The position numbers and the translations under genes are program-made. Of a stretch of DNA of 64,000 nt, positions 56,792-64,000 are shown piece by piece (the stretch's first letter is position 1; the number at the start of each line of letters is the position of its first letter). The DNA is taken from the NCBI GenBank assembly GCA_964499695.1, contig CAZCMD010000002.1, positions 5,423 to 69,422 of the forward strand, given 5' to 3'. Under the pieces are notes generated by a model, which saw only the letters and a program-made list of their open reading frames with translations, was not told the DNA's origin and did not search any database. The DNA comes from an uncultured Desulfatiglans sp. (GTDB taxonomy: Bacteria; Desulfobacterota; DSM-4660; Desulfatiglandales; HGW-15).

Positions 56792-57583
56792 TTATTTAAC
56801 AGCCTGTATATAAGCAGAGAAAACCAAGTTTTCAGCCCCTTTGGCCACATTCCAACTACTGATTATTTCATGACTCTTAGGTTTATTTATAATTGTTTTT
56901 TCTTTAAACCCATTGTCTGTAAGAATTTTTTCCACCTCACCGGGTGAAATAGCCCCGGACACTCAGCCAGTGTAGGCTTCAGGATCATTCAGAACCTGCG
57001 CTGGCAGATCTCCTGATCGTAATACATCAGAGATAATCATCCTTCCACCAGGTTTAAGGGCGCGGAATATCTCACCGAACACCCTGTTTTTATCGGGTGA
57101 AAGATTAATTACACAGTTGGATATTACCACATCAACAGAGCTGTCAGGTACGGGCAGTTCTTCTATTTTTCCCCACCTGAAATCAACATTCTTAAAATTT
57201 AATTTTTGAGCGTTTTCTTTGGCCCGTTCAACCATTTCGGGGGTCATGTCCACGCCAATCACCTTTCCTGATTCACCCACAATCCTTGCTGCAAGAAATG
57301 CATCAAACCCGGCGCCGCTTCCCAAATCCAGTACTGTTTCACCGGGTTTGAGTTTTGCCTGGCTTAATGGATTTCCGCATCCAAGCCCCAGGTTTGCCTC
57401 ACCGGGGGCAAGACGAAGCTCTTCATCAGTGTAATCAAGGGCCCTGCCTAGTTCTTCAATAGAGATATCCTGCCCTGTTTCTCCGCAGCATGAAGAACAG
57501 GCAATGCCACCTGATTTAGCAATATCAGAGTATTTTTTAATTACAATCTGATGAATTTTTTCTTTTTGTATTTCAATGCCCAT
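56792..57583 (-). CDS. arsM: Arsenite S-adenosylmethionine methyltransferase (ArsM-like) with in-frame UGA (56965-56963) read as selenocysteine, Sec207
   Basis: The ORF track stops at …NDPEAYTG(TGA). My hand translation continues in frame: VSGAISPGEVEKILTDNGFKEKTIINKPKSHEIISSWNVAKGAENLVFSAYIQAVK, ending at TAA 56794-56792. The upstream part carries the ArsM cysteines (CSSCC, GLGCGNP, SNCVINL) and the SAM motif VLDLGSGAG. The UGA sits where ArsM has the conserved G-C-(V/L)-(A/S)-GA cysteine. The extension closes an otherwise 187-nt gap to the next gene, leaving 16 nt. Confidence 0.7.
56924..56962 (-). promoter_or_regulatory. Candidate bacterial SECIS hairpin(s) immediately 3' of the UGA
   Basis: The mRNA reads UGA GUGUCCGGGGCUAUUUCACCCGGUGAGGUGGAAAAAAUU. 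Alternative 1 is CCGGG/CCCGG (5 bp, 9-nt loop). Alternative 2 is UUUCACC/GGUG(G)AAA with apical loop CGGUGA (containing GGU) starting 20 nt after the UGA. Confidence 0.4.
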
Positions 57584-57590
57584 ATATTAT

Positions 57591-57971
57591 CTATGCACCC
57601 CCGCAACACACCTTTTTAATCTCATCTTTTACCCTCTGAATCTCAAGGTGTTTCAGATCAAAGTCCTTGCTCTTTTTGATTCCCAGATCAGTTAGAACAA
57701 TATAATCTTTTAAAGGAACATCTGCCCGAGCAAGCGTAGCCTTTGCGCAGCCCACTTCACATCCATCAATGGCTATCATGCGGGGCGTATCCTTTGCCGA
57801 CTGTACAAAACCCGAAAGACCGCCACCTATCCCTGCAAGACAGAACATCTTTCCAAAACCTTCCTGCGTAAGTTCAACAGCAGCCCTGTTGGCTAGCTGA
57901 CCCACATTTGATGCGCCTGAACAGGCAAGAATCATAATATTCCCATCAGTTGTACAGCAATTTTCTGCCAT
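57591..57971 (-). CDS. DGC-domain putative metal(loid)-binding protein
   Basis: …ILACSGASNVGQLAN…AIDGCEVGCA… and a C-terminal CCGG. The family is commonly found in ars clusters. Confidence 0.65.
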   Translation of the reverse strand: MAENCCTTDGNIMILACSGASNVGQLANRAAVELTQEGFGKMFCLAGIGGGLSGFVQSAKDTPRMIAIDGCEVGCAKATLARADVPLKDYIVLTDLGIKKSKDFDLKHLEIQRVKDEIKKVCCGGA

Positions 57972-57992
57972 TTTTTTATCCTCCTTAAATGA

Positions 57993-58226
57993 TTATTGTT
58001 GTATCCAACCTTTGATCTCATCCTTGGTTGGTATCTTTCCTACGCTTTTTACCTTGCCATCCACAACAATAGCAGGTGTCCCGAACACACCGTGTTTAGC
58101 TATCTCAAGGGTGTCAGTGATTTTTTCAACATTTACATTTATTCCTGCCTCTGCCACGGCATCCATCACGTTTTTCATGGTAGCCTCGCATCTTTTACAT
58201 CCCGGTCCTAATACCTTTATTTCCAT
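57993..58226 (-). CDS. Thioredoxin-family 'redox-active disulfide protein 2' (Thioredoxin_3)
   Basis: MEIKVLGPGCKRCE…GVFGTPAIVVDGKV… 77 aa. Confidence 0.85.
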   Translation of the reverse strand: MEIKVLGPGCKRCEATMKNVMDAVAEAGINVNVEKITDTLEIAKHGVFGTPAIVVDGKVKSVGKIPTKDEIKGWIQQ

Positions 58227-58255
58227 AATTACCTCCTTTTTAATATTACTTATTA

Positions 58256-58327
58256 TTCACCGCAAAGGCGCAAAGAGTGCTAAGTTTTTTTTGTTTTTCT
58301 CTGCGTCCTTGGCCTCTTTGCGGTGAA
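58256..58327. repeat. REP-like imperfect palindrome (CGCAAAG units) inside the ars operon
   Basis: ttcaccgcaaag…(about 48 nt with a T-rich centre)…ctttgcggtgaa forms a 12-bp perfect outer stem. Inner arms are cgcaaaggcgcaaagag and ctctgcgtccttggcctctttgcg. Confidence 0.55.
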
Positions 58328-58330
58328 ACT

Positions 58331-59503
58331 TTACATAGTTAACCATCCATAGGTCATACCCGCTATAGTGGATAGAATCACAATTATTGAACAGAACACG
58401 GCTGTCTTTTTAACTCCCATAATCCCGTTTATGACCAGCATGTTAGGCAGAGACAAAGCCGGCCCTGCCAGAAGCAGCGCAAGCGCAGGCCCTTTGCCCA
58501 TGCCTGCCCCAATAAGCCCCTGCAATATGGGGACTTCAGTAAGGGTTGCAAAATACATTAACGCCCCTGCTACTGAGGCAAAAAGGTTTGCCCATAGAGA
58601 ATTGCCACCAACCAGGCTCTCTATATAGTGTTCAGGTATAAGCGCCGGATGACCCGGTCTTCCAAGTAAAAAACCAGCAACAAGTACACCTGCGAAAAGA
58701 AGCGGGAAAATCTGTTTCATGAACCCCCATGTTGATTCGACCCAGTTTATTCTTTCATCTTTTTTGAACCACTGTTTGATCATAAACCCTAAAACAATCA
58801 GCAAAATAAAGGTGATGTACCATTTTATTGAAAATATGAAGGGCCAGATCCCTATTTCCCCCTGGGCTGGTCTGGCAAAGGCGGCAAATATAAGTATGAG
58901 AACCATTGTAAATATAAACATGGCATCTTGTGTCAGTGTCCGGCCCTTTTCCTCTTCATCAGGCAGATATATCTGCCCTGCCTCTCTTGCCGCATCATCC
59001 TTTCTGAAGATAAATGCCATCAGAATGCCTGTTATTATAGCAAATAGCACCGCTCCGACAGCCCTTGCTAAACCAAGCTGCCAGCCAAGGATTCGCGCAG
59101 TCAAGACAATGGCAAGTACATTTATCGCGGGCCCTGAATAAAGAAAGGCAGTAGCAGGACCAATACCCGCACCCCTTGTATATATACCAGCAAAAAGGGG
59201 AAGAACCGTACATGAACATACAGCAAGTACTGTCCCGGACACGGAGGCAACAGAGTATGATAATATCTTATTTGCCTTTGAGCCAAAATATTTAAGGACA
59301 GATGCCTGGGATACAAATACTGCTATAGCACCGGCAATAAAGAAAGCCGGTATAAGGCATGTGAGCACATGCTCCCTTGCATACTCCTGAAGCATAAGAA
59401 ATGCCTCAAGACCTGACCTGCGGACAATTTCACTGTGCCAGGGTATATAATATGCCCCTAAAAATATAACGATTATAAGTAATAATTTATTACGTTCTTT
59501 CAT
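58331..59503 (-). CDS. arsP: ArsP-like permease (DUF318 family; putative organoarsenical efflux)
   Basis: 390-aa polytopic protein. Vicinal Cys pair in a TM segment (…GTVLAVCSCTVLPLF…). It is linked to Thioredoxin_3 and ArsR, as is typical for this family. Confidence 0.75.
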   Translation of the reverse strand: MKERNKLLLIIVIFLGAYYIPWHSEIVRRSGLEAFLMLQEYAREHVLTCLIPAFFIAGAIAVFVSQASVLKYFGSKANKILSYSVASVSGTVLAVCSCTVLPLFAGIYTRGAGIGPATAFLYSGPAINVLAIVLTARILGWQLGLARAVGAVLFAIITGILMAFIFRKDDAAREAGQIYLPDEEEKGRTLTQDAMFIFTMVLILIFAAFARPAQGEIGIWPFIFSIKWYITFILLIVLGFMIKQWFKKDERINWVESTWGFMKQIFPLLFAGVLVAGFLLGRPGHPALIPEHYIESLVGGNSLWANLFASVAGALMYFATLTEVPILQGLIGAGMGKGPALALLLAGPALSLPNMLVINGIMGVKKTAVFCSIIVILSTIAGMTYGWLTM

Positions 59504-59515
59504 GGTATTATCCCC

Positions 59516-59539
59516 AATATCTATATTCTAATATAGATA
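59516..59539. promoter_or_regulatory. 11-2-11 perfect inverted repeat between arsR and arsP (operator-like)
   Basis: ATATCTATATT-CT-AATATAGATAT. It shares the CTATATT/AATATAG half-site with the repeat at the arsR promoter. Confidence 0.5.
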
Positions 59540-59552
59540 TATAGCGCATTTA

Positions 59553-59897
59553 TCATCTGCAGCAGACTTCATCCCTTCGGACTGATGGAAGCTTATCCAT
59601 AAGGGATATGATATCTTTTTCATTCTTGAGCCAGTGTTTAAGGTTACCCAGAAGGCTTGCAGCATAGGGTGATCCATTCCCATCGGACAGATAATAATCC
59701 ACCCATAACCCATCCTTTCTGCTTTCGACCAGACCTGCTTCTTCAAGTATTTTAAGGTGTTTTGATGCGCTCGGCTGGGCAATCTGGAGCGCCTCCCTTA
59801 TTTCGCAGACACACATTTTCTTATGTTGAAGCATTTTTACTATCTTAACCCTGTTTGGATCAGACAGGGCCTTCATTACCTTTATAAAATCTTTCAT
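59553..59897 (-). CDS. arsR: ArsR/SmtB-family repressor (second copy)
   Basis: MKDFIKVMKALSDPNRVKIVKMLQHKKMCVCEIREAL…SKHLKILEEAGLV… I preferred the ATG at 59897 (GGAG upstream) because a promoter lies inside the longer TTG-initiated ORF. Confidence 0.85.
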   Translation of the reverse strand: MKDFIKVMKALSDPNRVKIVKMLQHKKMCVCEIREALQIAQPSASKHLKILEEAGLVESRKDGLWVDYYLSDGNGSPYAASLLGNLKHWLKNEKDIISLMDKLPSVRRDEVCCR

Positions 59898-59911
59898 TCG
59901 TATCTCCACAT

Positions 59912-59957
59912 CTATATTCTTTTTATGGAATATAGTCTCCACATATGCCATTGTCAA
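59912..59957 (-). promoter_or_regulatory. Sigma-70 promoter (TTGACA-17-TATATT) with an overlapping 8-bp inverted repeat; probable autoregulatory ArsR operator
   Basis: The minus strand reads TTGACA(59957-59952)-atggcatatgtggagac-TATATT(59934-59929). The inverted repeat CTATATTC-N8-GAATATAG at 59912-59935 overlaps the -10. Confidence 0.6.
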
Positions 59958-60031
59958 CAGCTATATTATCTACTTAAAATTGGTATGTAATATGATGTTA
60001 AAAGGAATAATTTTCCTGGAAGGTTGTTCCC

Positions 60032-60058
60032 GGGAATCGGCCATTACGGCTGATTCCC
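60032..60058. terminator. Intergenic hairpin between the PiT stop and the arsR promoter (no U-tract)
   Basis: gggaatcggcc-attac-ggctgattccc forms an 11-bp stem with one mismatch/wobble. Confidence 0.3.
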
Positions 60059-60065
60059 AGTATTA

Positions 60066-62342
60066 TTAATGGCTGTCAAGCTGTGGGTAGGATTTTACGA
60101 GATCTTTATCAAGCTTAAAGGATTCATTCAGTATCTCAAGCAGTTTTATATTCTGCCTGACTGCCATCAAACAATCACCCACAATTGCATAGAAAAGAAT
60201 GCTAAGTCTTGTTTTTGATGAATTATCCTGTATCCTTTTGATCTGCTCGATATTCGCCCTGTCTGCAATCTGATTTAATCTGTTATATTGCTCAACAATG
60301 TTCTGATATTCACTGATATCCTTATTTATGAAGGCAGTCTCTACCTTTATAAATACATCCATCACAATATCTTTTATCTCCTTAAGCTCTTCGATCTGAA
60401 CACCAAGCAGCCCTTTATGCTTATTTGCGATATGTATATATGACCTCAACACAATATCTCTGAACCCGTCAGAAAGTTTCTGGAGGATACGGATTGTCCG
60501 TGCATAATTATGAGAGAGTTTATGATCTTCCTTCTGCTGAAGCCTCAACACCTTGAAGACATTTGCCATAATGATATTGACCCACACCTGGTGTTTTTTA
60601 ACCACTTTTCTTTGTATATTTAATGTGCTGATATCCTGCATGAAAAGGGCATCAAGTGTTGTATCAAAACATCTCCTGAATTCACCAATCAAGATGGCCA
60701 GGTGATTGAAGGTTATTGATATAGCCGCTTTAGGATCAGAGATCTTCTTCAGGTTTAATATCTCTGTTTCTTTAATCTCTTCTGACCGTGTCTTATGCTT
60801 TTTATGATTGCGGTAGATAATCAATATGGATATGACAAACAGTAGTGCAATCCCTATAATCTCCAGTGATGCTATTATGTAGCAGAAGAGAAATGCAAAT
60901 ATAAAGGCAACCAGGGCGGTCATAAACCACCCGCCTATTACTGTCAGCACCCCTGTAACCCTGTAAACAGCGCTTTCTCTTCCCCAGGCCTGATCAGCAA
61001 ATGAGGTACCCATGGCAACCATAAATGTTACATATGTGGTAGAAAGGGGAAGTTTCATCGACGTGGCATATGCTATGAGGGCGCTCGAGACCATCAGGTT
61101 TACCGAGGCGCGCAGCATATCGAACTGTGGTCTTCTGTCCAGGTCTGGAGTTGCCTTTCTACTTGACGGGTCTATTCTTCTGTCAACGATCTCCTTTACC
61201 CTTTCAGGTATAAAGCAGCACAGATTGTTGAAGAGTGCATCGGTCATGCTCACAATCTTTCTTGAGATCCACATGGATTCAAAAAGTTCAGTCCCTTCAT
61301 CCTGCTGCCCCAGGCTTATCTCTGTACGTGTAACAGTGCGGCCTTTTTTAGAAAACCAGAGAGTAAGCACCATAATTATACCTGACAACACCAGGAGCAT
61401 CCCCTGGGTATGCACCTTGTCACTTAATGCGCCCATCATCTGAGTCATCGGGTTTCCTGATGCCACTGCTATCTGATATGCATTAAGTCCGGCAAGGGGC
61501 ACTCCAATGAAATTTACAAGGTCATTGGATGCAAAGGCCATTGCCAGGGCAAAGGTGCCAGCGAGGACAATTATCTTTAATATTTTAATCCTGAATAAAA
61601 TCAGGGCCTGGAATATTATTGCTGAACAGATAAAAATGTAGGCCATCAGTCTGAAGGTATGCTCCTTTATCCAGAGAGCTATCTCAGGTGTTATAAATGT
61701 TGCCCCTTTTACCCCGTTAATCAGCATGAAATATATAATCAGCACCATTGCAAGGCCACCCCACAGCGCGCCATATCGTTTGATTTTTTTCTCATAGTTA
61801 AAAGTAAAGATAAGGCGTGTAAAAAACTGGATGACTGTACCGAAAAAGAAGGCAACAATAATTGATAATAGAATACCGAATATGATAACCATTGCCTTTG
61901 ATGTGTTGATGTATGAAATAACATCGACAAAACTTGCGCCTGAATCCTGTACCTTTAAAAAGGCCATTGCAACGGCGGCACCAAGCAGATCAAAAACAAT
62001 AGAAACTGTTGTTGATGTTGGAAGACCATAGGTATTGAATACATCAAGGAGGAGTATATCGGTGAACATAACCGCAAGAAAGACCGTGATCAGCTCCGGC
62101 ATGGTAAAAAACTGGGGATGAAAAATACCCTTTCTTGCCACCTCCATCATCCCGCCTGATGCAGCGACTCCGGTAAGGATACCAATGCTCGCAATAATAA
62201 GTATTACGAAAAATGGGGCAGCCTTTGAACCTATGGCTGAATTTAAAAAATTAACCGCATCATTTGCCACGCCAACTATCAGATCAAAAAAGGCAAAGAG
62301 CAGCAAGAGACCGACAAGTATATATATAACTTCTATTCCCAT
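60066..62342 (-). CDS. pit: PiT (PHO4) family inorganic phosphate transporter with a long C-terminal PhoU-like helical domain
   Basis: N-terminal GVANDAVNF (GANDxxN) and a second …SNDLVNFIGVPLAG… PiT repeat. The last 230 aa or so are soluble and helical (PhoU-like pattern). 758 aa. Confidence 0.75.
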   Translation of the reverse strand: MGIEVIYILVGLLLLFAFFDLIVGVANDAVNFLNSAIGSKAAPFFVILIIASIGILTGVAASGGMMEVARKGIFHPQFFTMPELITVFLAVMFTDILLLDVFNTYGLPTSTTVSIVFDLLGAAVAMAFLKVQDSGASFVDVISYINTSKAMVIIFGILLSIIVAFFFGTVIQFFTRLIFTFNYEKKIKRYGALWGGLAMVLIIYFMLINGVKGATFITPEIALWIKEHTFRLMAYIFICSAIIFQALILFRIKILKIIVLAGTFALAMAFASNDLVNFIGVPLAGLNAYQIAVASGNPMTQMMGALSDKVHTQGMLLVLSGIIMVLTLWFSKKGRTVTRTEISLGQQDEGTELFESMWISRKIVSMTDALFNNLCCFIPERVKEIVDRRIDPSSRKATPDLDRRPQFDMLRASVNLMVSSALIAYATSMKLPLSTTYVTFMVAMGTSFADQAWGRESAVYRVTGVLTVIGGWFMTALVAFIFAFLFCYIIASLEIIGIALLFVISILIIYRNHKKHKTRSEEIKETEILNLKKISDPKAAISITFNHLAILIGEFRRCFDTTLDALFMQDISTLNIQRKVVKKHQVWVNIIMANVFKVLRLQQKEDHKLSHNYARTIRILQKLSDGFRDIVLRSYIHIANKHKGLLGVQIEELKEIKDIVMDVFIKVETAFINKDISEYQNIVEQYNRLNQIADRANIEQIKRIQDNSSKTRLSILFYAIVGDCLMAVRQNIKLLEILNESFKLDKDLVKSYPQLDSH

Positions 62343-62453
62343 AGAAATACACCTTTCTAACTATTTGTTATCGTATAAAATATCTTTCAATGATATTTTT
62401 CTAACAATTTTTGAATAGTATTTTAGCCGGGTATTTCAGTCAACCCTAAACAG

Positions 62454-62475
62454 AATTCTAACACAATTCTAACAA
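62454..62475. promoter_or_regulatory. Tandem 11-bp direct repeat upstream of the PiT gene (response-regulator / Pho-box-like geometry)
   Basis: AATTCTAACAC AATTCTAACAA, with a third TTCTAACAA at 62400-62408. Confidence 0.4.
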
Positions 62476-62508
62476 TTGGTTTGTAAGGCAGATTTTACGG
62501 AGATAGAG

Positions 62509-62552
62509 TAAGAAAAGATGCGATATCAGTTATGAAAAAGATATCGCATCTG
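62509..62552 (-). terminator. Rho-independent terminator after the DRTGG-domain gene
   Basis: agatgcgatatc-N12-gatatcgcatct forms a 12-bp perfect stem, followed on the minus strand by CTTTTCTT. Confidence 0.75.
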
Positions 62553-62560
62553 TGTGATTA

Positions 62561-63628
62561 TCAAGCCAGCAATTCACTGATACTAGTGTGTTTCTCAATA
62601 AGATGAGATAGAAGTTTTAACTTCACATCATTATCCTTTGTAAGAAGCGCCTCCATATCATCCACCTTCTTTACTGTCTGGAATGTATCCATGGTAACGA
62701 GCAGAAGAGGGACCTTCTTATCCATAGCCTTAGAAATAACATGCTGTGGAGGCATAATATCGTTAGTGATTATTATGCATGCAGTATCACGTTCAAGCGC
62801 TGCAAGGATCATGTCGCTCCTGTCACCACCTGTGATCATGAGCTGGTCCTCCCTGTTAAGGGTAGGCAATGTAAAAAGGGGATTTTTATGGGGATCGCTT
62901 GTAGACATGGCGCCTACTATCATGTTCTTGACTGTATTCTTGATATTCTCCTCACCGGCAAGCACCTTGGCCATCAGCTTTTCAGCGAGAAAATCGACAG
63001 TAAAATAGGTCAGTTGCTCTTTGTATGGAATAAGTCCAAGTATCTCTATACCCATTTTTTTAATTTCAGGCACAAATATTTCTTCAAACTCATCTACTTC
63101 ATTTACCTTGTTGATTATTATTCCGCCAAAGTTCTTGCCTTTCACATCCAGATACTTATCTATGAACTTTATATCATCCAGTATAGTATCCCTGTTCCCG
63201 CTTAATACCATAATAAGTTTTGCATCCAGGTATTTTGACACTGAGATGGAATCAAGATTCTCCCATGACCCGAAAAACAGATCCCTGCCTCCTTCGGAAA
63301 AAAGGATATCATTACCGGTGCCTATCTCTTTCACCATATCGAAAAGCGCCTTTTTGATACCCTCTTCATCATACATATATCTTATTTTTGACTGGTCAAA
63401 ACCCAGGGTTATCTTCTCAAAACGGGATTCCAGCTCTCCCTCACGCCCCAGGAGTTTTACAATAAGGCTTGCGTCATAATCCCAGCTTTTTTTCCTGCGA
63501 TAGATCAGCCTGTCACCGAGAGGTTTAATATATGCAAACTTTTTATCTTTTATCGAAGAAATAATACCGGCGATAATGCTTGTTTTCCCGGCGCCGTCTC
63601 TCATTGAAGATATCACTACCTTTTTCAT
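62561..63628 (-). CDS. Phosphotransacetylase-N-terminal-like protein (P-loop AAA_26 plus DRTGG domains)
   Basis: MKKVVISSMRDGAGKTSIIAG… (P-loop-like) and …ITGGDRSDMILAALE… (DRTGG-type motif). ATGA overlap with the upstream gene. Confidence 0.6.
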   Translation of the reverse strand: MKKVVISSMRDGAGKTSIIAGIISSIKDKKFAYIKPLGDRLIYRRKKSWDYDASLIVKLLGREGELESRFEKITLGFDQSKIRYMYDEEGIKKALFDMVKEIGTGNDILFSEGGRDLFFGSWENLDSISVSKYLDAKLIMVLSGNRDTILDDIKFIDKYLDVKGKNFGGIIINKVNEVDEFEEIFVPEIKKMGIEILGLIPYKEQLTYFTVDFLAEKLMAKVLAGEENIKNTVKNMIVGAMSTSDPHKNPLFTLPTLNREDQLMITGGDRSDMILAALERDTACIIITNDIMPPQHVISKAMDKKVPLLLVTMDTFQTVKKVDDMEALLTKDNDVKLKLLSHLIEKHTSISELLA

Positions 63629-64000
63629 CTGTTTCCCTCCTTTGGTTTTGCAATCAAGATCCTTGCGTCCACAGCCTTAAGTCCGCTTTTATCTGTATAG
63701 ACTACAACCGGATTAATTTCTATATCAGTTATCCTGTCACATTTTTTTATAATAGAGCTTATTTTTATAATTGTATCGATCACAGAATCAATATCCTTCT
63801 TTTCTTCACCCCTTGCGCCCAGGAGCAGGGGATATGACCTGATATCCTCAAGCATAGAAAGGGCAATGTCACGATTCATAGGCATTGTCCTGAAGGAGAC
63901 ATCCTTCATGACCTCAACGTATATTCCTCCAAGCCCGCACATGATCACAGGGCCAAATGAAGGATCTCTTCTGGCCCCAATGATAAGCTCTGTTCCCTTC
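63625..64000 (-). CDS. Acetate--CoA ligase (ADP-forming) family protein, C-terminal ATP-grasp part (gene continues past window end)
   Basis: The reading frame is open to the window edge: …KGTELIIGARRDPSFGPVIMCGLGGIYVEVMKDVSFRTMP…INPVVVY… This is typical of the ADP-forming acyl-CoA synthetase beta region. Confidence 0.6.
   Translation of the reverse strand, partial: KGTELIIGARRDPSFGPVIMCGLGGIYVEVMKDVSFRTMPMNRDIALSMLEDIRSYPLLLGARGEEKKDIDSVIDTIIKISSIIKKCDRITDIEINPVVVYTDKSGLKAVDARILIAKPKEGNR

Noticed and set aside
1-64000. Search for CRISPR arrays, tRNA/rRNA genes, IS elements, integrases and recognisable defence systems (RM, TA, Cas, retron RT, etc.).
   Set aside because: I saw no regularly spaced direct repeats, T-loop/anticodon-arm patterns, transposase/recombinase-like ORFs or nuclease/RT signatures. 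Absence is by visual inspection only and should be confirmed with tRNAscan-SE, Infernal, CRISPR finders and defence-system HMMs.

Overview
This is a 64-kb bacterial chromosomal window with dense, mostly operonic coding. I recognised no rRNA, tRNA, CRISPR array, transposase or integrase by eye. The gene content is sigma-54-type flagellar promoters, a multihaem c/b cytochrome, FmdE/YeeE/radical-SAM genes and an in-frame UGA at a catalytic Cys position. This suggests an anaerobic, flagellated Desulfobacterota/Nitrospirota-like organism, but that is inference only.

Layout, from start to end:
- 1-9.9 kb: N-terminus of a Tat-exported molybdoenzyme, a USP protein, a YeiH-like transporter, a 963-aa secreted protein of unknown function, a ComEA-like protein, an arylsulfotransferase-like propeller and small exported proteins.
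- 10-17 kb: an unusual tonB / DxDxDG-repeat protein / exbB / exbD / 1148-aa HEAT-repeat operon.
- 17-21 kb: housekeeping genes (isochorismatase-like hydrolase, ferredoxin, serC, asnS).
- 21.4-30.7 kb: flagellar rod, ring and hook-junction cluster flgFGAHIJ-flgN-flgKL-csrA-fliW, followed by a YcgR-like PilZ gene.
- 34.3-41.7 kb: an ArsR-controlled TolC/MFP/RND operon ending with a thioredoxin lipoprotein and lgt.
- 42-46.4 kb: a MacAB-like ABC efflux system.
- 46.9-51.3 kb: a J-domain / TauE / FmdE / YeeE / radical-SAM-SPASM cluster.
- 51.4-60 kb: a long minus-strand arsenic island, arsR-arsP-trx-DGC-arsM-tlpA-ccdA-acr3-arsC, followed by an octahaem c / b-type fusion cytochrome.
- 60-64 kb: a PiT-PhoU-like phosphate transporter and acetyl-CoA synthetase (ADP-forming) genes.

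The strongest observation is that the ArsM-like methyltransferase ORF 'stops' at a TGA exactly where ArsM carries a conserved As(III)-binding cysteine. It continues in frame with ArsM-like sequence, so it is most likely a selenocysteine-containing ArsM.

All small-motif coordinates were counted by hand and may be off by 1-2 nt.
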